NCBI RefSeq assembly: GCF_042683745.1
Contig: NZ_JBHUJX010000019.1
Span: 203,978 to 227,977, forward strand
From: Bacillus sp. CGMCC 1.16607
GTDB lineage: Bacteria; Bacillota; Bacilli; Bacillales; Cytobacillaceae
DNA: 24,000 nucleotides
Reading direction: 5' to 3'
Numbering within the stretch: the first letter of the stretch is position 1; each line of letters opens with the position of its first letter. Below are positions 1 through 7,842 of the stretch, piece by piece. Made by a program: the position numbers and the translations under genes. The notes under the pieces are model-generated. The model had not been told where the DNA came from and ran no database searches. It saw only the letters and a list, made by a program, of their open reading frames with translations.

Positions 1-23
1 TTTACGATTGATTTCCATTCTCA

Positions 24-52
24 ATTATAATGAGTTTGAAAATCATTATCAA
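24..52 (-). promoter_or_regulatory. SigmaA-type promoter with overlapping Fur-box-like operator, firing leftward out of the window
   Basis: Minus strand reads TTGATA (47-52), 17 nt, TATAAT (24-29). The 15-mer TGATAATGATTTTCA (37-51, minus) matches the Fur 7-1-7 consensus TGATAATnATTATCA at 13 of 14 specified positions. The target gene lies beyond position 1. Confidence 0.5.
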
Positions 53-73
53 TAGATTATTTGTGAATATATT

Positions 74-108
74 AAGAAAAGACACCTAGCAAATACTCTA
101 GGTGCCTT
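74..108 (-). terminator. Rho-independent terminator after the ABM-domain gene
   Basis: Minus-strand hairpin AGGCACCTAG / CTAGGTGTCT (one G-U pair on this strand) followed by TTTTCTT, just downstream of the stop at 122. Confidence 0.6.
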
Positions 109-121
109 TTAAAGTGACTTA

Positions 122-415
122 TTAATTTTTTCCAGTTACATCATAACGCACTAAACGTGGCGGTTCGACCAGCATTCCTTCGGTAGCTATCTTGAATGCT
201 TGGTAATGTTCTGTCTTAAAATGATATTCAAGTGCAGCAGTATCCTTCCACTCCTCCACCATCACAAATGTATTTGGTTCAATTGTATCTTCATAAAGAT
301 GATAACTGTTGCAACCAGCCTCCGCTTTAGAACCCTTCATTACTTCCTTAGCATGCTGTAGATACTCTTCTCGTCTAGCAGGATCCACTTTAATATACGC
401 ATGTAGTACGAGCAT
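122..415 (-). CDS. Antibiotic-biosynthesis-monooxygenase (ABM/YgiN-like) domain protein
   Basis: About 97 aa of single-domain ferredoxin-like sequence (MLVLHAYIKV...EEWKDTAALEYHFKTEHYQAF), typical of ABM proteins. Start moved to the internal ATG at 415 because AAGGAGG sits 8 nt upstream; the track ORF 122-442 starts inside that RBS. Confidence 0.75.
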   Translation of the reverse strand: MLVLHAYIKVDPARREEYLQHAKEVMKGSKAEAGCNSYHLYEDTIEPNTFVMVEEWKDTAALEYHFKTEHYQAFKIATEGMLVEPPRLVRYDVTGKN

Positions 416-492
416 GTTGATTTCCTCCTTTTGCTTGTCCATATTCCATCAAACCTATCATACGTCTTTTTATGACCTTTTCCAAATAATTG

Positions 493-1074
493 TTATGAAT
501 AAACCCGAATCGATTTGATAGAGGTCATGATCGATGCAATGACACCTACGATCGTTACGATAATTAACGAATAGAGCATTTTTTCATCTTTTAATATTAA
601 AACCGCCGTTAAAATGATTAGTGCATCTATACATAAAATCACAATACCTACATTGATGGATAGCCATTTCGATATTATGAGAGCAAGCAAATCTACTCCA
701 CCTGGACTCGCGTGTATTCGAAGCATCATTCCAACGCCTGTACCAATAAATAGCCCTCCAAGAACAACATTTGCTAATAAAGGTAGATGATTAAACCCGC
801 TAATCGGGAATAGCAAATTAATTCCAATTGCCGAAATCAATGTCCCTACTAACCCTTTAAAAAAATAATTTAAATCGTATTTGATTGCAATGAAATAAAT
901 TGGTAAGTTAAGACAGACAAAGGTGATTGCCAGTTGGAAACCGAACGTATAATTAGCCAGTAAACTAATTCCCCATATTCCCCCGTTAACTAAACGAGAA
1001 GGTAATACAAAACCATTGACACCTAACCCAATGAGAAAACTCGCGACAATAATTGTTAATAAAGTTCTTAGCAA
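493..1074 (-). CDS. YitT/YczE-family integral membrane protein (short form, no C-terminal DUF2179)
   Basis: Five to six predicted TM helices. Has the GVNGFVLPSRLVNGGIWGISLL and LNLPIYF motifs characteristic of YitT-family proteins. TTG start preceded by AAAGGGG at 7 nt. Confidence 0.65.
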   Translation of the reverse strand: MLRTLLTIIVASFLIGLGVNGFVLPSRLVNGGIWGISLLANYTFGFQLAITFVCLNLPIYFIAIKYDLNYFFKGLVGTLISAIGINLLFPISGFNHLPLLANVVLGGLFIGTGVGMMLRIHASPGGVDLLALIISKWLSINVGIVILCIDALIILTAVLILKDEKMLYSLIIVTIVGVIASIMTSIKSIRVYS

Positions 1075-1137
1075 TTGAATACCCCTTTAAAAAGTATTTT
1101 ACTATTATCTATATGATAGAAAAGAGGCTTAATTCAC

Positions 1138-1425
1138 AGAAAAAGCGCAAGCTCCTTGATCAGCCCCGATAAAGAAGACTGGTCGATTGGCGAGGTAACG
1201 AAGCCAGAGACCTAGTCGCACTTATGCAAACCGTTCTTTGGTTTGCCAAGCAAATGCTTCGCAGGCCGGAAAGTCGTTCTTTGACTTTTTGGCTGGCGAA
1301 CATTTGACCTCGAGGTCGACAAGGGCTCGGGCGTCCTGTCGCATTGTCGACACTAGTACATCCTGAACGTCGGGGCTAGGACGCTTGCGCTGGACAATTT
1401 TCTAAGTCCGAAAATGTTATACTTT
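1138..1425 (+). repeat. Family-A structured intergenic element, copy 1 (full length, about 288 bp)
   Basis: Left end GAAAAAGCGCAAGCTCCTTGATCAGCCCCGATAA, right end CGTCGGGGCTAGGACGCTTGCGCTGGACAATTTTC plus tail GTCCGAAAATGTTATACTTT. About 90 percent identical by eye to 14973-15254. Shares its ends with four other copies. GC-rich against AT-rich flanks. Confidence 0.9.
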
Positions 1426-1440
1426 CTTATTTTTTAAGAA

Positions 1441-1477
1441 GAAAAAAAGCAATTGGCCAATTAAAACCAACTGCTTT
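1441..1477 (-). terminator. Rho-independent terminator after the MerR/TipA gene
   Basis: Minus-strand hairpin AAGCAGTTGG / CCAATTGCTT followed by TTTTTTT, 16 nt after the stop at 1493. Confidence 0.7.
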
Positions 1478-1492
1478 TGATTGTTTACTAAA

Positions 1493-2257
1493 TTATGCTT
1501 TCATCCCAGTGTAAATTAAAATCGCGTCTCTTAAAAAGAGAGCCGTTCCTGGCTGATTTTTATCGTAATATGCTGTAAATCTTTCATCATCCACATACAT
1601 TTGTCCAAGACCTGCATGCGCTTCTTTACTATATTCACTCCAGTAGTAGCATAACCATTGCTTGTGTAAATCAGCTGCTTTTTGTGCTAATTCCCCTGCA
1701 GGGTCTCCAGTAGCAAAAGCCTGCGCCAACGTAACTTGCACCTGCTCCGCTAATTTTGTCACTTCATCATGTTCTTCTTGGCCCATGTTCATGACTTTAG
1801 CATTTGATTTATCAATCGTATCATCACCATATTTTTCGCGAATTTCTTTCCCATATTTTTTCTCATTATCCTCAATCATTTTTTTCTTAAATCCTTCAAA
1901 CTTTTCTTTATTTGACATATGAATTCTCCCTTCCGTTAAGGCGATCGTTTTATCTACATTTCTTATTAACAAATCTAATTGCTCTCTTTTTTCAAGGAGT
2001 TTCTCACGATGTTCTTTCAGCGCTGAAGCTCCATCAAAGGAAGGGGCAGTGACGATATCCTTTATACTATCTAAGCTAACTCCTAATTCTCGATAGAAAA
2101 GGATTTGCTGTAGGCGATCCACTTCCGCTTGCCCATAGATTCGATAACCAGACGAATTAATTCTTGCCGGCTTAAGAATTCCAATCTCGTCATAGTATCG
2201 TAATGTCCTTGTGCTTACTCCCGCTATACTTCCAAGCTTTTGCACTGTATATTCCAT
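1493..2257 (-). CDS. MerR-family transcriptional activator with TipAS antibiotic-recognition domain (Mta/TipA-like)
   Basis: N-terminal MerR HTH (YTVQKLGSIAGVSTRTLRYYDEIGILKP), a coiled-coil, and a C-terminal TipAS-like region (HKQWLCYYW...YVDDERFTAYYD). GAGGAG RBS 8 nt upstream. Confidence 0.85.
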   Translation of the reverse strand: MEYTVQKLGSIAGVSTRTLRYYDEIGILKPARINSSGYRIYGQAEVDRLQQILFYRELGVSLDSIKDIVTAPSFDGASALKEHREKLLEKREQLDLLIRNVDKTIALTEGRIHMSNKEKFEGFKKKMIEDNEKKYGKEIREKYGDDTIDKSNAKVMNMGQEEHDEVTKLAEQVQVTLAQAFATGDPAGELAQKAADLHKQWLCYYWSEYSKEAHAGLGQMYVDDERFTAYYDKNQPGTALFLRDAILIYTGMKA

Positions 2258-2279
2258 GTGATCATCTCCTCATAAAGCA

Positions 2280-2310
2280 ACGATACACCTTTACGCAACG
2301 TCAATGTCAA
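2280..2310 (-). promoter_or_regulatory. MerR-type promoter with 19-nt spacer and internal dyad
   Basis: Minus strand reads TTGACA (2305-2310), 19 nt, TATCGT (2280-2285). The over-long spacer carries the imperfect dyad TTGACG-TTG-CGTAAA. This is the hallmark architecture of MerR-activated promoters. Confidence 0.6.
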
Positions 2311-2324
2311 CAAATATTTAAAAA

Positions 2325-4070
2325 TTATATTTTAAATCCAGCAGTAAGTTCTTTTAATTTTTTTGCCATATCCGATAACTGCTCTGTCGTACTTTCGATT
2401 CCTGTCATTGTTTTAAGCTGTTTATCAATGCTCTCGCTAATATTTTCTGTGCCTGCCGCCATTTCATTTGAAGTTAATGCAAGATTCGAAATAGCGAATT
2501 CGATATTTTTTGTAGACAATGCCTGCTTTTTGTTAGCCGTATCGATTTGTTCAATTTCACGTACAATGTGTAATATATGTTCATTTATATTCTGGATATT
2601 AGCAGTTACCTCTGAAGATTTATGTACCCCATTAGAAACTTTTTCTTCTACTAATTGAACTGATTTTACAGCAGAAATAGATTTTAACTGATTTTCCTTC
2701 ACAAGTTCTGATATTTCAAGTGCCGCTCGGTTACTTTCATCCGCAAGCTTTCTAATTTCATCCGCTACCACACTGAAACCTTTTCCAGACTCACCTGCAC
2801 GAGCAGCTTCAATGGCCGCATTTAATGCCAACAGATTGGTTTGTGCTGATATTCCCGTTATTATCTTGATGATATCTACAATTTTGTTGGATGACTGATT
2901 GAGTTCATTCATGAGATTTGAAACGTCTTTTGAAGAATAAGCAATCTCTGTTATGAATGAAACCACTTCAGAAATTTTGTCAGCACCCTCCATTGCTGCT
3001 TCCTGAACCTTTTTAGTATTTTCCGTTGTTTGCCTTGTTGCCATTGAGGTTTCATCTGAAAAGAGTGCTGCTTCCCCTAGGATTGATGTTGTTTCCTCTG
3101 TTACAGTTGCTCCCTGTGAAGTACCGAAGGCTATTTCCGCCACCATTTTCGATATTCCTTCAAGTGATTTAGTTGTAATAATTGTTGCTTCATTCAATTG
3201 TACACTTGAAGTTGAAATGGTTTCCGACGAACTAGCTACTTCCTTTATGATGGATTGGAGCTTGTCTACAAATAAGTCAAAACATTGACTCAGCTCCCCA
3301 ATCTCATCCTTACTATCATAACCAATCCGTTTTGTCAGATCGCCATTACTTTCAGATATTTCCTTTAATTTAGTAGAGACCTTTTTCGTTGGTATAACGA
3401 TGGATCTTGAAATAATAATAGACAAAATAAAAGTACTTATCGCCCCTATTATTAAAAGAGAGATGATCACGATCATTGTTATGCGATATGCAGCTTTACT
3501 GTCTTGATATGTATTCTTTGCGTCATTAATATGTTTATCAATAATTTTATCTAAAGCAGAGATAGCCCCTTTTCTCGTTTTATCTAAATTAACCAAACCC
3601 TCAGGAGGACCACTGGGAACCATGCTGCCGCCAACCTCTTGATCATTTGCAGGCATTCCTTGAATTTTGCCTGTCCCATTTTTCTCAATAAAAGTATCAA
3701 AGGCAGTGAAAAATTCCTTAAGACTCACTTGAAAATTTTCATAATCCTGATTGCCCTTATATTCTAATATCTGATTATTTACTGAAGATATATGGGTATT
3801 GATATCCTCTTGTATCGTTTTTTTCAGCTCATCATCATTACCAGCATCCATTATGGAATTCGCCTGGGACCGAATATACTCAATTTCGGATTTTATTGAC
3901 TCAAGTTTGACAATTGGAACAAGCATTCTATCATTTAAATTTTGGATACTCGCATTAATATTTGATAGTTGATTTATCGAGGTCACACCAATGATAACCA
4001 GAAAGAGGAAAAAGCAAATGGTCAATATACTTATTTTTTGACCAAATTTTAGATTTCGAAATATACTCAT
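2325..4070 (-). CDS. Methyl-accepting chemotaxis protein (two TM, periplasmic sensor, HAMP, MA domain)
   Basis: Conserved signalling hairpin [33 protein letters not shown]. Two TM segments flank a sensor of about 170 aa. HAMP region after TM2. Start set to the ATG at 4070 (GGAAGGA upstream); the track start at 4088 lies in the RBS. Confidence 0.9.
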   Translation of the reverse strand: MSIFRNLKFGQKISILTICFFLFLVIIGVTSINQLSNINASIQNLNDRMLVPIVKLESIKSEIEYIRSQANSIMDAGNDDELKKTIQEDINTHISSVNNQILEYKGNQDYENFQVSLKEFFTAFDTFIEKNGTGKIQGMPANDQEVGGSMVPSGPPEGLVNLDKTRKGAISALDKIIDKHINDAKNTYQDSKAAYRITMIVIISLLIIGAISTFILSIIISRSIVIPTKKVSTKLKEISESNGDLTKRIGYDSKDEIGELSQCFDLFVDKLQSIIKEVASSSETISTSSVQLNEATIITTKSLEGISKMVAEIAFGTSQGATVTEETTSILGEAALFSDETSMATRQTTENTKKVQEAAMEGADKISEVVSFITEIAYSSKDVSNLMNELNQSSNKIVDIIKIITGISAQTNLLALNAAIEAARAGESGKGFSVVADEIRKLADESNRAALEISELVKENQLKSISAVKSVQLVEEKVSNGVHKSSEVTANIQNINEHILHIVREIEQIDTANKKQALSTKNIEFAISNLALTSNEMAAGTENISESIDKQLKTMTGIESTTEQLSDMAKKLKELTAGFKI

Positions 4071-4212
4071 TTGTAAACATCCTTCCAATTAAATTTATAT
4101 AGCATTACATTATTTCAAGGATATGTAAAAATCTCACTCTACAGCCAATAATTATAAGTGTAAATTGTTTCTAAAAAGAGACAAAAAAATGAATAAAGTA
4201 TGAATAAAGTCC

Positions 4213-4269
4213 TAAAAAAAAATGCCAGATTATTCAAAAAGACTTTAGTCCTTATGAATAACCTGACAT
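4213..4269 (-). terminator. Strong Rho-independent terminator after the GAF-GGDEF gene
   Basis: Minus-strand 15-bp stem ATGTCAGGTTATTCA / TGAATAATCTGGCAT (two G-U pairs) followed by a run of nine T. Confidence 0.8.
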
Positions 4270-4275
4270 TCTATA

Positions 4276-5514
4276 TTAAATAAAAAACATCTCATCATTA
4301 AATAGATATAAAAAATTCTTCGTTTTCTCAGCTCTAATAAATCGATTTCTTCCTTGCTTTTTTGCTACGTATAAAGCATCATCAACTGCTTTTTTTAATG
4401 AATCTACTGTTTTTCCGTGATTTGGGAAAACAGCAACACCAGAACTGACTGATACGATGATTGAGTGTTCTAATATGATAAGTGGATTTTGTTTGTAATA
4501 CTCCATCAAATTATCATAAAGATTCTCCATCTCGTTTTCTAATGGAGATTTCATGATAATCATAAACTCATCTCCCGCGTAGCGGTAACCCTCAATGTTC
4601 TCCCCACAAACACTCTTGATTCCATCTGCCAATATCTTTAAATATCTATCGCCGATATCATGACCGAAATTATCATTTACCTTTTTTAAATGATCTGAAT
4701 CTATCATGATAAGGGTGATTTCTTGATTATTATCATTAATCATTTTTGATAAATCATCATGGAAAGCTCGGTGATTTTTTAACCCCGTTAATTCATCTGT
4801 TTGAGACATGACAAAGATCCTTCTGTATAGTCTGGCCGTTTCGATTGAATTGATCACCTGAGTCCCAATGATTTGCAGTAATTCTTCATGCTCTTTTCGA
4901 TAGGCAAAATCCGAATAGCTTTGAGCAGAAATCACTCCTCTGACATGATCATCAATAATGACAGGTACAAACAGACATGATCTAGTGATACCATCTGATC
5001 CATATAGAGCATTATATTCTTCTGATTGAGCTAACTGTTTCTGATGGACAATTTCCCTTGATAAAATCGCCTGGGTGGTATAATTATCACCTAATTCACG
5101 TATAATTGGTGGATAGTATTCCCCTTTATCCATAACAAACGTGAAATCTATCAATGACTCAGCTTCATTATAAAAAGCAATAAAAAAAGATTCCGTGTTC
5201 ATAACTTGAGAGACCATTTCATACGCTTTTTCAAGAAGTATATCCTCGTCCAATGTTTTACTACAAATTTGAGCAAAATCATGTAAAATTTTATAATGCT
5301 TATTCAACCAGCTCATATTTTCCATCTGATCATTTATTAATTCTAATTGAAGTAAGACGGAATCTACTATTTCTTTTTCTTCCCTATCTCCAATATGTTT
5401 TTCAAATTCTTCAAGAGTTTCTTTTGAAAGAATATTTTTTTGAACTCCAATATTTTTAAGCAAATGATTAATTAACGATAAAATCTCCTTATTTCCCATA
5501 TTTAACACTTCCAT
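4276..5514 (-). CDS. GAF-domain diguanylate cyclase (GGDEF domain with AGDEF active-site variant, no RxxD I-site)
   Basis: C-terminal GGDEF domain (ELTGLKNHRAF...IDSDHLKKVNDNFGHDIGDRYL...YRYAGDEFMII...ALYVAKKQGRNRF). Central GAF-like region. Start ambiguous between ATG 5514 and ATG 5499 (weak GGAAG RBS). Confidence 0.85.
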   Translation of the reverse strand: MEVLNMGNKEILSLINHLLKNIGVQKNILSKETLEEFEKHIGDREEKEIVDSVLLQLELINDQMENMSWLNKHYKILHDFAQICSKTLDEDILLEKAYEMVSQVMNTESFFIAFYNEAESLIDFTFVMDKGEYYPPIIRELGDNYTTQAILSREIVHQKQLAQSEEYNALYGSDGITRSCLFVPVIIDDHVRGVISAQSYSDFAYRKEHEELLQIIGTQVINSIETARLYRRIFVMSQTDELTGLKNHRAFHDDLSKMINDNNQEITLIMIDSDHLKKVNDNFGHDIGDRYLKILADGIKSVCGENIEGYRYAGDEFMIIMKSPLENEMENLYDNLMEYYKQNPLIILEHSIIVSVSSGVAVFPNHGKTVDSLKKAVDDALYVAKKQGRNRFIRAEKTKNFLYLFNDEMFFI

Positions 5515-5565
5515 AAAGGTATTTACACAAACTACAGACTTACTATATTAAAAAACAAATACAAA

Positions 5566-5618
5566 TGACAAGAAAAAAATAAAAAAAAATAGATAAGTCG
5601 TTAACCGATTCATCTATT
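5566..5618 (-). terminator. Intrinsic terminator forming the expression platform of the c-di-GMP riboswitch
   Basis: Minus-strand stem AAUAGAUGAAUCG / CGACUUAUCUAUU (13 bp, one mismatch, loop GUUAA) followed by U9AU7. It lies between the aptamer and the GGDEF start codon. Confidence 0.75.
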
Positions 5619-5631
5619 ACCAAAAAGCAGG

Positions 5632-5720
5632 AATTTTCGGTAACTGGCTGGCATTATCATTCGACTTAGCCCCTTTAGTTTTGCGTCCTCATTTTTCAAT
5701 GAGTTTGCCTTTTCTAAACG
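5632..5720 (-). ncRNA. c-di-GMP-I (GEMM-I) riboswitch aptamer
   Basis: Minus strand reads AAAAGGCAAAC-UCAUU-GAAA-AAUGA-GGACGCAAAAC...GGGGC...GCCAGCCAGUUACCG. It carries the conserved GGCAAAC, a GNRA-capped hairpin, GACGCAAA(G/A)C, CAGCC and GUUACC elements in the same order as Vc2-type GEMM-I RNAs. Confidence 0.75.
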
Positions 5721-5767
5721 TACGCTATTTAATTATTCAGCATAATCCATAAATATCCACTACCTTA

Positions 5768-5796
5768 AATATATAGTGCTTACTAACCATAGTCAA
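5768..5796 (-). promoter_or_regulatory. SigmaA-type promoter for the riboswitch-GGDEF transcript
   Basis: Minus strand reads TTGACT (5791-5796), 17 nt, TATATT (5768-5773), about 50 nt upstream of the aptamer. The -35 box is enclosed by the inverted repeat CTAACCAT-N12-ATGGTTAG (5783-5810). Confidence 0.55.
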
Positions 5797-5920
5797 TGGC
5801 TAATGGTTAGGCAATCTTCGACAAAATATGGAAATAATTAGGCGCAATAATATAGACAAACTACATGAATTTAGTATGAAAGTTTGTCCACTCTTGAACA
5901 TATAGTTTAACAAAGGGGGA

Positions 5921-6292
5921 ATGGATTTGAATACATCTCTGTCAACTTATAAATTAATTCGATATACAGTAGCTTATGTTTTTATCATTTCGGGCTTGAT
6001 GAAGCTAATTAGCGTTGAATTAGGAAACTACTTTATCAATTTAGGCCTGCCTTTTCCACTTTATCTGAAGTATGGGGTAGCTACGGTAGAAATGATTTGC
6101 GGTTTATTCCTAATAGTGAACAAACACGTTAAACAGACGACGATTCCGTTAATAGCAATTATGATAGCAGCGATTATATTAACAAAAGTTCCAATACTAC
6201 ATACTGGCTTTATGGCATTTGCTTTTAATGCTAGATTAGACATTATTATGTTAGTTCTACTATTCATTCTTTACACACGTAATCATCATTAA
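5921..6292 (+). CDS. DoxX-family small membrane protein
   Basis: 123 aa with four TM helices. Sequence pattern (FIISGLMKLIS...LGLPFPLYLKYGVATVEMICGLFLI) is typical of DoxX/DoxD-like proteins. GGGGGA RBS; the true start may be the in-frame TTG at 5927. Confidence 0.6.
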   Translation: MDLNTSLSTYKLIRYTVAYVFIISGLMKLISVELGNYFINLGLPFPLYLKYGVATVEMICGLFLIVNKHVKQTTIPLIAIMIAAIILTKVPILHTGFMAFAFNARLDIIMLVLLFILYTRNHH

Positions 6293-6301
6293 TAATGAAC
6301 T

Positions 6302-6341
6302 AAAAGGTAGGCACTACTTAATTGAAGTTGCCTACCTTTTT
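6302..6341. terminator. Bidirectional terminator between convergent DoxX and VanW genes
   Basis: Hairpin AAAAGGTAGGCA / TGCCTACCTTTT with A-run and T-run flanks on both strands. Confidence 0.75.
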
Positions 6342-6348
6342 CACTAAT

Positions 6349-7371
6349 TTATCTATTTACGATAAGGCTTTGATTTGCTTTCGATGTTCTTACTTCTATA
6401 GTAAGTGCTCCTTTATTAATAACTGCTTTTAATAAGAAAGGCGCCCCTGTCGTATTCTGAAATCGAAAATCAAGTCCTCCATAGGATACAGTGGCATCTC
6501 TTCCTTTTGGCACATACCCGACATTCACTGAGTGGTGATGTTTTTCTACATAAGCTACACCGAGTTTATCTACAGCATTAAATAATGTAGAGGATGTTTG
6601 GCAAATTCCACCACCAATCCCTTCGACCAATTTCCCATTCACCGCTTCCATTGCTTTTTGATACCCATGTGCCTCATCACTAGGACCAACTGTCGTATTG
6701 AAGGAAAAAATGTCGCCAACTCCAACAATGACATTATTGATCGCATGTGCTGATAACTCGATATTTTTCGTTCTTCCCGCTACACTACTATTAAAATACG
6801 TCGTAAACGAGGCGATTGCCACTTCTCCCAAATTAGAAACCTCTTCGGGCTTATATCCACTTTCAGTAACATAAAGAGGTAATTCAACCGTTCCACCTTT
6901 TAAAGACGCATTTATCACCTTTTCCACTAACTCCGATTCCTCAAGTATGATACGTGGACTTCCTTTTATCACCTGACCATTTTCATCTAATTTGTCTGGA
7001 ATCATTCTTTGGTCATAGCCGTTGATTGTTTCTGTTCCTCTTGCAATCGTTTTGACCCAACCTTCAATTTCCTTTTTATAATTTTCGTTATCCGTTCCAA
7101 ATCCTAACTCTAACGGATTAATAGTTTTGATAACTTGTTTCGTGTTAGGATCTACCACTTCAACTAAAATGACCTCTTCTTCGTTTTTTTCCTCCAATGG
7201 CTTTTCCTTATCTTTATCCAACGCTTCTTTCTTCTCTAATTCAATTTGTTTCTGTAATTCAACTATTTTTTTCTCTAATTCCTTTTCCCTCGTTGTTTTT
7301 TCTGAACATCCAGCTAATCCTATCAAACTAGCAGTCAAAATCATCGATGTTACCCATGTAATCTTCCCCAT
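6349..7371 (-). CDS. VanW-domain lipoprotein
   Basis: Lipobox signal peptide (LTASLIGLAGC|SEK), a coiled Lys/Glu-rich linker, and a C-terminal VanW-like domain (GGGICQTSSTLFNAV...YVPKGRDATVSYGGLDFRFQN). Confidence 0.8.
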   Translation of the reverse strand: MGKITWVTSMILTASLIGLAGCSEKTTREKELEKKIVELQKQIELEKKEALDKDKEKPLEEKNEEEVILVEVVDPNTKQVIKTINPLELGFGTDNENYKKEIEGWVKTIARGTETINGYDQRMIPDKLDENGQVIKGSPRIILEESELVEKVINASLKGGTVELPLYVTESGYKPEEVSNLGEVAIASFTTYFNSSVAGRTKNIELSAHAINNVIVGVGDIFSFNTTVGPSDEAHGYQKAMEAVNGKLVEGIGGGICQTSSTLFNAVDKLGVAYVEKHHHSVNVGYVPKGRDATVSYGGLDFRFQNTTGAPFLLKAVINKGALTIEVRTSKANQSLIVNR

Positions 7372-7478
7372 TGATCTCCCAACTTTTCCTTTTTTTGTCC
7401 TAAGTCATAGGCTGTCAGTCACATTCCCCATTGTATTCACACCTCTATGTCCATATTCCTTAAGACAAACTCATTTGG

Positions 7479-7660
7479 AAAAAAATTCAGAAGCGCCTTG
7501 ATCAGCCCCGACAAGCAAATGCCGACCCAAAGAGGAGGTTTGCTCTTTAACTTCATCTTTGGGGCGCCATTTGATCTCGAGGTCGACAATAGCACGACGT
7601 CCTGTCGCATTGTCGACACTTGTACATCCTATACTTCGGGGCTAGGCGCTGGAGCTAGAT
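7479..7660 (+). repeat. Family-A structured intergenic element, copy 2 (medium form)
   Basis: AGAAGCGCCTTGATCAGCCCCGACAAGCAAATGCC ... CTCGAGGTCGACAAT...ATTGTCGAC ... CTTCGGGGCTAGGCGCTGGAGCT. It lacks the roughly 75-bp module that full-length copies carry between CCCCGA and CAAGCAAATG. Confidence 0.85.
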
Positions 7661-7842
7661 TACGAAAAACTCCTTCAGAGTTAACCACAACTTATAAACT
7701 ATATTTCTAAGCTCACCACAAATTAAACATTTGCCATATGGAAATCTGATTTTATAATAATGTTAGAATTAAACTCCGAGATTCCTAGTTTTTAAATAAG
7801 GCACTTTTCATAAATTTTGTTTTTCTTGAACAAGTAGAATGG

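Noticed and set aside
24-112. Fur-regulated small RNA on the plus strand (TATAAT at 25-30 to hairpin at 79-108)
   Set aside because: The plus-strand reading lacks a -35 box. The minus-strand reading gives a full TTGATA-17-TATAAT promoter. The hairpin pairs better on the minus strand (G-U instead of A-C), as the terminator of the ABM gene. No C-rich FsrA-like loops are present.
2203-2658. Long antisense ORFs inside well-supported genes (for example 2203-2658, 9126-9644, 11410-11796, 19033-19437, 22439-22735, 23456-23800)
   Set aside because: Each is fully shadowed by a gene with clear family motifs on the other strand. Their translations are low-complexity with no RBS. This is typical of AT-rich genomes with few antisense stops.
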